NCBI GenBank assembly: GCA_050250875.1
Contig: JBFWNV010000001.1
Location: forward strand, 1,619,891-1,683,890
From: Vicinamibacterales bacterium
GTDB lineage: Bacteria; Acidobacteriota; Vicinamibacteria; Vicinamibacterales; UBA2999
Direction: 5' to 3'
Length of the DNA stretch: 64,000 bases
The notes beneath the pieces are model-generated. The model was not told the origin of the DNA and made no database searches. It saw nothing but the letters and a program-made list of their open reading frames with translations. Of the stretch, positions 9,319 to 17,413 are shown piece by piece; the stretch's first letter is position 1; every line of letters begins with the position of its first letter. The translations under genes and the position numbers were made by a program.

Positions 9319-11400
9319 TCACGACGGCAGGCGGAACGCCAGGTACTCGCCGGAATACGCGCCTCCGCTGACGGCGACCACGATGTGCTGGCGTCCGTCG
9401 ATCTGGTAGGTCATCGGCGTTCCGCTCTGCGGCGCCGGCAGGTAGATCGACCCCACCTCCCGCCCGGTCGCCTTGTCGTAGGCGCGCAGCATCGCCCCGC
9501 GGCCGCGACCCGGAATGGCGTTGGTCAAGGGGTCGCCGACGACGATCAGCGTCTTGGTGACCAAGGCGCCCACGGCGCCAGACTGCCCGGTTCGCGGCAG
9601 GTCGACGCCCCTCAGCGCCGGATGGTTGCGGACGGCATCCGGCGTCTCGCCGTGCGGGACCTGCCAGCGGATGTCGCCGGTGTCGAGATCGATCGCGGTG
9701 ATGCGGCCGTACGGCGGCTTCAGCAGCGGCAGGCCGCGGGGGCGGAAGTCGACGTCGATCAGCCGCTCCGAGCCGCCGAACTCGCTGACCGCGGTCGCCG
9801 CCGGTGCTTCGGCGCCGGCGTCTTCGCCCGGTCCGCCGATGTAGCGCACGCCGGTGATCGCGTTGCCCGACACGTAGCGCAGGTCCGAGAACGACGGGTC
9901 CGGCGACGGCATCAGGCCGTACGGCACGAACGAGGTGTAGGACGGAACGATGAGGGTGTGGGTCTCGGGGTCGTAGGCGGCGCCCGGCCAGTTGGTGCCG
10001 CCGGCCGAGCGGAACGCGTGGATCGGTCCCTGGGCTCGGCTCTCGACCGCCGGTGTGAAGATCGGACCGAGCTGGAACTTGCTGGAGACCCGCTCGGCCT
10101 CGGCGCGCAGCTCGGGCGTGAAATCGATGAAGTCCTTGCTTTCGACGCCCTGGTAGTCGTAAGGCTTGGGCTTGGTCGGAAACGGCTGGGTCGGGGCGTA
10201 CCATTCGCCCGGCACCCGGCCGGCAGGCACCGGGCGCTCCTCGATCGGCCACACCGGCTGTCCGGTGACGCGGTCGAACACGTACACCATCGCCTGCTTG
10301 CCCATGACCGCCACCGCCTTGATCGGGCGGTTGTCGACGCGAATGTCGGCGAGAATCGGCGCGGCGGCGATGTCCATGTTCCAGATCGGATGGTGCACGA
10401 GCTGGTAGTGCCACTTGCGCCGGCCGGTCCGCAGGTCGACCGCGACCAGGCTCTCGGCGAACAGATTGTTGCCCGGGCGGTGCCCGCCGTAGAAGTCGGA
10501 GGTCGGCGTCTCGACCGGCAGGTAGGCGACGCCGAGATCCTCGTCCACGGCCAGCTGGTTCCACACGCCGACGTTGCCGGTGGTGCGCCACGAGTCGTTC
10601 AGCCAGCTGTCGTTGCCGAACTCGCCGGGGCCGGGGATGGTGTTGAAGGCCCAGAGCCGACGACCGCTGCGGGCATCGAACGCGTGGACCAGGCCCTTGG
10701 TGTTGCTGGCGCTGCGCGGCGTATGGCCCTCGCGGAACGACGAGCCGACCAGGACGACGTCACCGGCCACCGTCGGCGCGGAATGCAGACCGATCTCGCC
10801 GCTCTCGAGGTCGATCTGCCGGCCGTTGGCCCCGACCACGCCCTGTTTCAGATCGACGATGCCGCCACGTCCGAACGTGCCGATGCGGCTGCCGCTCCTG
10901 GCATCGAGGGCGACCAGCTGATAGCCGGTGGTCACGTAGAAGATGCGCGGCGCGACACCATCGCTCCAGTAGCCCACGCCACGGCCCGACAGCTGGCGTG
11001 GCGACGCCGCCGCCCGCTTGCCCTCGCGCTCCGACGACACCCAGCGCAGCTCGCCGGTCGCTGCGTCGACGGCGATGACCGCGCGGCGGGTGCCGGCCGT
11101 GGTGTAGAGCATGCCGTCGACGACGAGCGGCGTTCCTTCCAGCTTGAACTCGGGGCGTGGGCCGAAGCTGTCGGTCTTTAGCCGCCAGGCCACTTCCAAG
11201 GTCGAGAAGTTGGCGGCGTCGATCTGGGCCAGCGGCGAGTAGTGGTGATTGCGGTTGTCCCCGGCATACGAAGGCCAGGCCCCGTCGGCGGTGCCCCGGC
11301 TGGCGCGCGCCGACCGGGCCGCACCGCCCCCGATCGTCGTGCCGAGCGCGGCGGCGACGACGGCTACCAGCAGACCGTAGCTCAGTCGGGTGGCGTTCAC
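9319..11400 (-). CDS. PQQ-dependent (quinoprotein) dehydrogenase, secreted
   Basis: Track ORF, 693 aa. It has a signal peptide. The sequence WPSYAGDNRNHHYSPLAQIDAANFSTLEVAWR, plus repeated propeller W-motifs, is typical of the 8-bladed PQQ glucose/alcohol dehydrogenase family. Only 10 nt separate it from the upstream UxuA-like gene, so they are probably one operon. Confidence 0.85.
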   Translation of the reverse strand: MNATRLSYGLLVAVVAAALGTTIGGGAARSARASRGTADGAWPSYAGDNRNHHYSPLAQIDAANFSTLEVAWRLKTDSFGPRPEFKLEGTPLVVDGMLYTTAGTRRAVIAVDAATGELRWVSSEREGKRAAASPRQLSGRGVGYWSDGVAPRIFYVTTGYQLVALDARSGSRIGTFGRGGIVDLKQGVVGANGRQIDLESGEIGLHSAPTVAGDVVLVGSSFREGHTPRSASNTKGLVHAFDARSGRRLWAFNTIPGPGEFGNDSWLNDSWRTTGNVGVWNQLAVDEDLGVAYLPVETPTSDFYGGHRPGNNLFAESLVAVDLRTGRRKWHYQLVHHPIWNMDIAAAPILADIRVDNRPIKAVAVMGKQAMVYVFDRVTGQPVWPIEERPVPAGRVPGEWYAPTQPFPTKPKPYDYQGVESKDFIDFTPELRAEAERVSSKFQLGPIFTPAVESRAQGPIHAFRSAGGTNWPGAAYDPETHTLIVPSYTSFVPYGLMPSPDPSFSDLRYVSGNAITGVRYIGGPGEDAGAEAPAATAVSEFGGSERLIDVDFRPRGLPLLKPPYGRITAIDLDTGDIRWQVPHGETPDAVRNHPALRGVDLPRTGQSGAVGALVTKTLIVVGDPLTNAIPGRGRGAMLRAYDKATGREVGSIYLPAPQSGTPMTYQIDGRQHIVVAVSGGAYSGEYLAFRLPS

Positions 11401-11410
11401 GACGGGGCCA

Positions 11411-12514
11411 CTACGCGGCTTCGGCGTTCACGGCCTGCACCATCGCCTTGATGTAGCCGTATGCGAAGGCGAACGCCTGATTGCGTGCCGCTGGATCGTG
11501 GTGCTCGGGCACATGATCCGGGCAGAGCATGTACGGGTAGCCGACGTCGCGCAGCGTCCGCACCACCTGGTAGAAGTCCATGTCGCCGTTGTCGGGATAG
11601 ACCTCCATGAATCGGTCCCATCCGCCCTTGATGTTGCGCAAGTGGACGTTGAAGATCTGTTTGCGGCCGCCGACATAGCGGATGATCGGGTGGATCTCGG
11701 TTCGCGGATCCTTCAAGCCCTCGGCGGTCGAGCCCAGGCACAGGTTGAATCCGTGGAAAGGACTGTCGTAGAGCTCGGCGAACCGCTTGATGCCGGCGAA
11801 GACGTCGGGGCTGTTCCAGCGGGTAATGCCGCGATACCCGGCATGGGTCGGCGGGTCGGCGATGTGGTTGCCCAGCTGCACCTTGTACTCGGCCGCCACG
11901 GGCAGAATGCGGTCGAGCAGATAAGTGATGCGCTCGAACATCATGTCGGCGGTCACCGTACTGGCGATGGTCATCGGCGGGTTGCGCTTCACCGCCTCGT
12001 CGTAGTCCCAGGTGTTGTAGCGGGCGTTGCCCCGCTTCGGATCGGGCGTCCGCCCGGTGCGCAGCATGCCGAGAATCGTCGTGTTGTAGTTGAGCAACCG
12101 GACCCCGGTCTTGCCGGCGACCGAGATCATCTGCTGGACCTGCTCGATGTCGCGGTCGCGCTGCGGGCTCTGTCCGAGCATGATGCTCGGGAACTTGGTC
12201 GACTCGATGCCCTGCGAATGCCACAAATGGTAGGCCTCGAGCTTGATGCCGTACTTGTCGCACGCGTCGCGCTTCCTGAACGAGTCCTCGAGATCCCAGC
12301 CGACGCCGGGAATGCTCTTCGGCTCGTCGCCGTCGATGTTGAAGACGCCGTGGCGGGCCTTGAACTCGAGATTCTCGATGGTGGTACCGCCGGATTGACA
12401 GCCGACGTGCATCGCCGCCCGGACCGGCGATGTGGATTGGGCGGAGACGCGCGCGCCCAGCGCAGCACCGGCCGCCGTGGTCGCGATCGCGTGGCCGAAG
12501 TCTCGGCGTCTCAT
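11411..12514 (-). CDS. Tat-signal mannonate-dehydratase (UxuA)-like TIM-barrel protein, paralog 1
   Basis: Track ORF 11411..12631 trimmed to Met40 (ATG 12514). The N-terminus MRRRDFGHAIATTAAGAALGARVSA is a twin-arginine signal. LPVAAEYKVQLGNHIADPP, IFNVHLRNIKGG and MLCPDHVPEH parallel the E. coli UxuA motifs (VHPDDPP, THLRS, RPDHGH). Confidence 0.75.
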   Translation of the reverse strand: MRRRDFGHAIATTAAGAALGARVSAQSTSPVRAAMHVGCQSGGTTIENLEFKARHGVFNIDGDEPKSIPGVGWDLEDSFRKRDACDKYGIKLEAYHLWHSQGIESTKFPSIMLGQSPQRDRDIEQVQQMISVAGKTGVRLLNYNTTILGMLRTGRTPDPKRGNARYNTWDYDEAVKRNPPMTIASTVTADMMFERITYLLDRILPVAAEYKVQLGNHIADPPTHAGYRGITRWNSPDVFAGIKRFAELYDSPFHGFNLCLGSTAEGLKDPRTEIHPIIRYVGGRKQIFNVHLRNIKGGWDRFMEVYPDNGDMDFYQVVRTLRDVGYPYMLCPDHVPEHHDPAARNQAFAFAYGYIKAMVQAVNAEAA

Positions 12515-12653
12515 CGTAGTGACCTCGTGGTCGTCGTCGCTCGGATGGCCCGCTGGAGCGAGCCGGCGAGAAGCCGAAAGCGAGCTCCAGGCGATTCCGG
12601 CGCATCGGCGGCGATGCGTCGAGCGGGCCACACGATAGCCGAGGCACGCCGGT

Positions 12654-12681
12654 AGTCAATACCCCGATCGAGTTATTGACG
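12654..12681. promoter_or_regulatory. Copy B of 7-2-7 site, flanked by TTGAC on both strands
   Basis: AGTCAA-TACCCCGATCGAGTTA-TTGACG, with the 16-mer at 12660-12675. A minus-strand -10-like TATCGT (complement of 12632-12637) lies 16 nt from the minus -35 and points at the UxuA-like/PQQ dehydrogenase operon. Confidence 0.55.
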
Positions 12682-12715
12682 GGGCGGGAGCGGCGGCGGC
12701 GCCATCGTCGCCCGG

Positions 12716-12742
12716 GTCAATACCCTACTCAGGTTATTGACT
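12716..12742 (+). promoter_or_regulatory. Copy C of 7-2-7 site with -35 box for the cupin gene
   Basis: GTCAA-TACCCTACTCAGGTTA-TTGACT, with the 16-mer at 12721-12736. A -10-like TAGTGT lies at 12760-12765, about 70 nt upstream of ATG 12835. Confidence 0.55.
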
Positions 12743-12834
12743 GTCCCAGGAGCCGAACTTAGTGTCCGAGTTCGCTTCGCACTCGCCCCCGGTGATGGCG
12801 GGTGACGCGGGCGGGTGGACCAGGGAGAACGACG

Positions 12835-13437
12835 ATGCTTAGATCAGGTATCTCGGGGGTGTTGGCAGCCGTGCTCGTCGTTGCCGCCCCCGTCGCACAG
12901 GACTATCAGCCCACCTGCCGAAACTGTCCGGCGACCTACATACCTAATCAGGAGCTCCAGGCCTACATCACCAGGGCCAAGAATCGCGGAATTCTCGACC
13001 AGCAGGTCCGGGCGCTCGACATCGGCAAGATCAACGCCGCGGTTGGCATCGTCCACCGCGGCAAGCTGACCGCCCAGGCTCCCAACTCGGTCGCCGAGCA
13101 CGACCTGGTCGGCGAGGTGTACTACATCCTCGATGGCGCCGGCACCCTGGTGACGGGCAGCGACTTGGTCGGGAAGAAGCGGCGCCCAGCCGACGCCGAG
13201 AACGTCCGAATGCTCAACGGCCCGGGCAACGGCGCGGCGTCGATCCGCGACGGCGTCTCGCACGAGCTGAAGACCGGCGACGTCATCGTTATCCCGGCCG
13301 GCACCGGCCACGTCTTCTCGAAGATCGACGACCATATCACCTACTTGATGCTGCGGCTCGATCCCGATAAGGTGACGCCGCTCAAGACCGAGGCCGATTC
13401 ACGCGCCGATCTGGCCCGCTTCGGCACCAAGCCCTGA
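12835..13437 (+). CDS. Secreted cupin-domain protein
   Basis: Track ORF trimmed to MLRSGISGVLAAVLVVAAPVAQ (signal). The cupin core is HDLVGEVYYILDGAGTLVTG...LKTGDVIVIPAGTGHVF. Confidence 0.7.
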   Translation: MLRSGISGVLAAVLVVAAPVAQDYQPTCRNCPATYIPNQELQAYITRAKNRGILDQQVRALDIGKINAAVGIVHRGKLTAQAPNSVAEHDLVGEVYYILDGAGTLVTGSDLVGKKRRPADAENVRMLNGPGNGAASIRDGVSHELKTGDVIVIPAGTGHVFSKIDDHITYLMLRLDPDKVTPLKTEADSRADLARFGTKP

Positions 13438-13440
13438 GCC

Positions 13441-13459
13441 GGCCGCCGCTAGCGGCGCC
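13441..13459. terminator. Short GC hairpin between convergent stops (weak bidirectional terminator candidate)
   Basis: GGCCGCCGC-TA-GCGGCGCC lies between the cupin stop (13437) and the regulator stop (13459-13461). There is no U-tract. Confidence 0.3.
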
Positions 13460-14094
13460 TATTGCAGGTGGATGATGCCGCGGCGCAACGCCACGGTGAT
13501 TGCGGCCGTGCGATCGTTGACCTTGAGCTTGGTCAGGATGTTGCGGACGTGGACGTGGACGGTCTCCTCGCTGATGACGAGCGCCGCGCCCACTTCCTTG
13601 TTGCGCATTCCCTGTGCTACCAGCTCCATCACCTGCACTTCGCGAGGCGTGAGGGTCGGTCCGCTGGCGCGCGCCGCCAGTTGGGCGGCGACCTCTGGGC
13701 GCACCGGATGACCGCCGGCATGAACCTCGCGAACCACCCGGACGAGGTCCTCGGACAGCATGTCCTTCAGCAGGTAGGTGGTCGCACCGGCCTCGAGCGC
13801 CCGATAGATGTCCTCGTCGCCCTGGTACATCGTCAGGACGATGATCCGGCCGGCCGGATCGATGCCACGGATCCGGCGGATGGCCTCCACGCCGCTGACC
13901 GATCCCAGCTGCAGGTCCATCAGCGTCACGTCGGGCTGCAGGCGCTGGAACATCTCGACCGACGCTTCGCCCGACGCCGCCGCGCCGACCACCTCCATGT
14001 CCGGCTGCCGGCCGATGATGAGCGCGATCCCGTCGCGGACGATCCGGTGATCATCGACGCAGAGTACCCGGATGAGAGGCATGTTCGCCGCCAC
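13459..14094 (-). CDS. NarL/LuxR-family response regulator
   Basis: Track ORF, 211 aa. The receiver domain is IRVLCVDDHRIVRDGIA...DVTLMDLQL, and the C-terminal GerE/LuxR HTH is LTPREVQVMELVAQGMRNKEVGAALVISEETVHVHVRNILTKLKV. Confidence 0.92.
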   Translation of the reverse strand: MAANMPLIRVLCVDDHRIVRDGIALIIGRQPDMEVVGAAASGEASVEMFQRLQPDVTLMDLQLGSVSGVEAIRRIRGIDPAGRIIVLTMYQGDEDIYRALEAGATTYLLKDMLSEDLVRVVREVHAGGHPVRPEVAAQLAARASGPTLTPREVQVMELVAQGMRNKEVGAALVISEETVHVHVRNILTKLKVNDRTAAITVALRRGIIHLQ

Positions 14095-17000
14095 CTACGC
14101 CGCCATGGGGACGATGGCCCGGATGTTGGTGCCGAAATTGACGCGGCTGGCGATCTCGAGTGATGCGCCGATCTCTTCGGCCCGCTCGCGCATGCTGATG
14201 AGGCCGTAGTGTTCGGCGGCGGCCTCGGTCAGCAAGCCGTGGTCGAAGCCGCGGCCGTCGTCGTTCACCTGCAGGGTCACCGCGGTATCGGTGTAGGCCA
14301 GTTCGACGCGGATCAGCGTCGGGTCGGCGTGACGGACGGCGTTGTTGACCGCTTCCTGGCCGATTCTCAGCAGCTCGTCCTCGATCTTGCGCGGGAAGCG
14401 GCGCACGGTCCCGCACACCGAGAACTCGAAGCGAATCGCCCGGTCGGCGGTCAGGTGTTCGCCGGCGTCGCGCAACGAGGCGACGAGGTCGCGGCGGCGG
14501 AGCGGCTGCGAGCGCAGATCGACGATCGACTGGCGGGCCTCGCGGATGTACTCCTCGATCTGCTTGCGCATGCGGACGAAGCTGCGCTGCATGCCCGGTG
14601 AGTTGGTCTCAACGTCGGCAGCGATGGCGTCGAACTGCAGCGCGACGCCGACCAGCCCCTGCAGCAGCGTATCGTGCAGTTCGCGACTGAGGCGGACGCG
14701 TTCGCCGAGGACCAGGGCGAACTGCCCGCGAATCTGCCGCAGGCGCAGCAGCCAGACGCCCCACACCGCCAGCGCCAGGGCCACGACGGCGCCGGCCGTG
14801 AACCAGCTGGTCTGGTAGAACATCGGCGCGATGGCGAAATCAATCGCCGCCCCCGGTTCGACCCAGGTGCCGTCGGGAGCGCTGGCGACGACCCGGAACG
14901 TGTACTGGCGCGGCGGCAGGTTGGTGTAGAAGGCGGTGCGGCGCGTCCCGGCGTCGACCCAGTCGGCATCGAAGCCGTCGAGCCGGTAGAGAAACCGCGT
15001 CCTCAGCGGCGAGCTGAGGTTCAGTTCCGAATATGCGATCTCGACCCGCGTCGTGCGCGCTGGCAGCCGCAGGCCGTTGGCGATCTCCATGCGGGTCTCG
15101 TCGGCAGTGACGTACTCGACGGTGATCGGGTGGCGCGCCGGCGCGTCGCGGAACGCCCTCGGGTCGATCACGCTGAGGCCGCGCGAGGTGACGAACCACA
15201 GCCGGCCGTCGCTGGCCCGCACCACCCGGCGGTTGTTGTTGTAGGCATGGGGCAGGCCGGCCAGGCCGTCCGACCGATCGTAGGAACTGTAAGGAATACC
15301 CGTCGACCGGCCGGCCGCCACCTCGTCGAAATCGTGCCGCGATACGCGCAACAGCCCGAACCCGGTGCCGATCCACAAGGTGTGGACGTCGTCTTCGGCG
15401 ATCGCGGTCAGGTCGCTGACCGGAAAGCCCCGATCGGAACGGACGGTCACGAACCGGCCGTTAGCGAACCTGCTGAGTCCGCCGATGGCGGCCAGCCACA
15501 CCGCGCCCTCATCGTCCTCGAAGATCTGACGGCAGGTGCCCCCGCCGAGACCGTCGGCCGGACCGTAGACCTTGAACGTCCCGCTGCGATCGCGGATGGC
15601 GACCCGGCCGTCGGCCAATGCCGCCCACAGCTGGCCGCGGCGGTCCGTGTAGAGGACCTTGATCCGCACGTCGCCGAACTCCGGTGGCAGAGGTACACGA
15701 CTGACCGCCCCGCGGACCCACCGCCCCAGGACCTGGTTCTGGTCGTAGAGCCAGACACCGCCGGCGAAGTCCGACGCGATGAGGTCGATCTGGGAGAGCG
15801 GGCCGGCCGACAGCGGCGACAGCCGGGTGGTCCCCCCCGGCATCCTGGCGACGTACCGATCGGTGGCGACCCAGATGGTTCCGCGCTCGTCGGCGTGCAT
15901 CGTCCGCAGGCGCGACCCGCTGAGCGGCACCCGCAACGACGGCGACTCGCTGTCGCCGGGCGAGAAGCGGCTCAGGGCGTCGTCGGTGCCCACCCAGACG
16001 TTGTTGTCGGGCGTCATCTCGATGCCGACGACGAAGCCCTGGTCGGTGAGCTGACTGACCCGACGGGGCGTCAGGCGGTTCAGGCCCTCGGTCGTGCCGG
16101 CCCAGATGTTGCCGTCCTTGTCTTCGAGGAGGGCGCCGACGCCGTCGCTGAGCAATCCGGTCAGCGAACTGGCCCGCTCGCTCTGGAACCCGCTCGGGCG
16201 GCGCGGTCGGATTCGCCACAGCCCCTGGCCGATCGTCCCGACCCACAAGTTGCCCCGCCGATCGAGCAGCAGACGGTAGCCGCGGCCACGCTCATCGAGG
16301 TCGAACGGGAGCTGCGCGCTGCCGACGACGTGGAAGCCGGCCGTCCAGTCGTTGACCAGCAGGCGACCGGTCGCATCCTGGACGAACGATCGCGGGAACC
16401 CGCCGACGATGGCCGGCACGCGGCCGGCCGCGTCTTCGGTGAACGAGCGCTGGAACCGGCCGACGAGTCCGGCCTCGGTCGGCTCTTCGGTGTCGGCGTC
16501 GATGACTTCGAGCTGGGTAAAGCTCGACTCGCCGGGTTGTCGACGCAGGATCCCGGTGGCCGTACCGACGTAGAAGCGTCCACTCTGGTCGACGTAGGCG
16601 CTGTAGACCGCCGCCTCCGGCAACCCCTGCGCGGCGCCGACGTGCTGCCAGCGGCCATCGGCGAAGCTGAACAGACCCTTCTCGCCGCCAGCCCAGATGA
16701 CGCCGGCCAGGTCTTCGATCACCACCATGAACGCCGCACCGGGCACGCCCTCGGCCTCGCCGAACGTGCGGATGCCGTCGGGGCGTATCCGCGCCAGCCC
16801 GCCGGCGTTGCCGTAGCCGACCCAGATGCTGCCGTCGCGCGCCGCATGGAGGGCCCGCACCGGCTTCTGTCGGCCCGAGTCGCCGGTCGGCTTCGACGTG
16901 AAGCGCACGCCGTCGAATCGGAGCAGTCCGCCGTCCGACCCGACCCACAGGTAGCCGTCGAGATCCTGCGCCAGCGCCCAGACGTTGCCGTCCGGCAGCC

Positions 17001-17226
17001 CCTCGCGCTGGCTCCACGACGTAATCGTGTAGTCGGTCAGCACGCCGCGGAGATCGGCGGCCGACATCGGTGCGCCTGCGGCCACGAGGACGCCGAGGGC
17101 GAACGCCACGGACAGGGCGCGCAAGTAGATCACAGGCGGCTGCGCGAAGAAGGCCACAAAATCTACTGAAGCTCTTCGATGGCTGTCAATCACCCGAACC
17201 GGGTAGGCCAAGGCGCTCGTTCGCAT
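14095..17226 (-). CDS. Sensor histidine kinase with periplasmic beta-propeller repeats and Y_Y_Y domain (HisKA_3 type)
   Basis: Track ORF 14095..17889 trimmed to Met222 (ATG 17226); the upstream 221 codons are low-complexity and cross the promoter motif. Domains seen: a signal/TM segment, repeated propeller blades (WVGSDGGLLRF, WAGGEKGLFSF, WVGTIGQGLWR, WAGTTEGLNRL), a Y_Y_Y-like domain (FLYRLDGFDADWVDAGTRRTAFYTNLPPRQYTFRVVA), a TM helix, the HisKA_3 box RVRLSRELHDTLLQ and an ATPase domain. Its stop abuts the regulator start. Confidence 0.85.
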   Translation of the reverse strand: MRTSALAYPVRVIDSHRRASVDFVAFFAQPPVIYLRALSVAFALGVLVAAGAPMSAADLRGVLTDYTITSWSQREGLPDGNVWALAQDLDGYLWVGSDGGLLRFDGVRFTSKPTGDSGRQKPVRALHAARDGSIWVGYGNAGGLARIRPDGIRTFGEAEGVPGAAFMVVIEDLAGVIWAGGEKGLFSFADGRWQHVGAAQGLPEAAVYSAYVDQSGRFYVGTATGILRRQPGESSFTQLEVIDADTEEPTEAGLVGRFQRSFTEDAAGRVPAIVGGFPRSFVQDATGRLLVNDWTAGFHVVGSAQLPFDLDERGRGYRLLLDRRGNLWVGTIGQGLWRIRPRRPSGFQSERASSLTGLLSDGVGALLEDKDGNIWAGTTEGLNRLTPRRVSQLTDQGFVVGIEMTPDNNVWVGTDDALSRFSPGDSESPSLRVPLSGSRLRTMHADERGTIWVATDRYVARMPGGTTRLSPLSAGPLSQIDLIASDFAGGVWLYDQNQVLGRWVRGAVSRVPLPPEFGDVRIKVLYTDRRGQLWAALADGRVAIRDRSGTFKVYGPADGLGGGTCRQIFEDDEGAVWLAAIGGLSRFANGRFVTVRSDRGFPVSDLTAIAEDDVHTLWIGTGFGLLRVSRHDFDEVAAGRSTGIPYSSYDRSDGLAGLPHAYNNNRRVVRASDGRLWFVTSRGLSVIDPRAFRDAPARHPITVEYVTADETRMEIANGLRLPARTTRVEIAYSELNLSSPLRTRFLYRLDGFDADWVDAGTRRTAFYTNLPPRQYTFRVVASAPDGTWVEPGAAIDFAIAPMFYQTSWFTAGAVVALALAVWGVWLLRLRQIRGQFALVLGERVRLSRELHDTLLQGLVGVALQFDAIAADVETNSPGMQRSFVRMRKQIEEYIREARQSIVDLRSQPLRRRDLVASLRDAGEHLTADRAIRFEFSVCGTVRRFPRKIEDELLRIGQEAVNNAVRHADPTLIRVELAYTDTAVTLQVNDDGRGFDHGLLTEAAAEHYGLISMRERAEEIGASLEIASRVNFGTNIRAIVPMAA

Positions 17227-17262
17227 CCGTCGGCCCGGGAGGGCGCCCGAAGGCGCAATCGG

Positions 17263-17284
17263 TACCCTGTTGTGGGTATTGACG
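17263..17284 (+). promoter_or_regulatory. Copy D of 7-2-7 site with -35 box
   Basis: TACCCTGTTGTGGGTA-TTGACG. A -10-like TAGTGT lies at 17302-17307, about 105 nt upstream of ATG 17414, in the divergent region shared with the kinase gene. Confidence 0.5.
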
Positions 17285-17413
17285 GCCGATCGGCGCAGCC
17301 GTAGTGTTGGCCAGCCTTTCGGCCACACGCGGGGCGCTCTGCCCACCGAGGACGGGCGTGCGTCGTGCCCGGGCGTGTTCGCCGGGCCTCGGGAGGGTGG
17401 GAGACACGCCATC

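Noticed and set aside
14674-17169. 831-aa plus-strand ORF
   Set aside because: It is antisense to the propeller sensor kinase, whose repeats, HisKA_3 box and ATPase domain are unambiguous.
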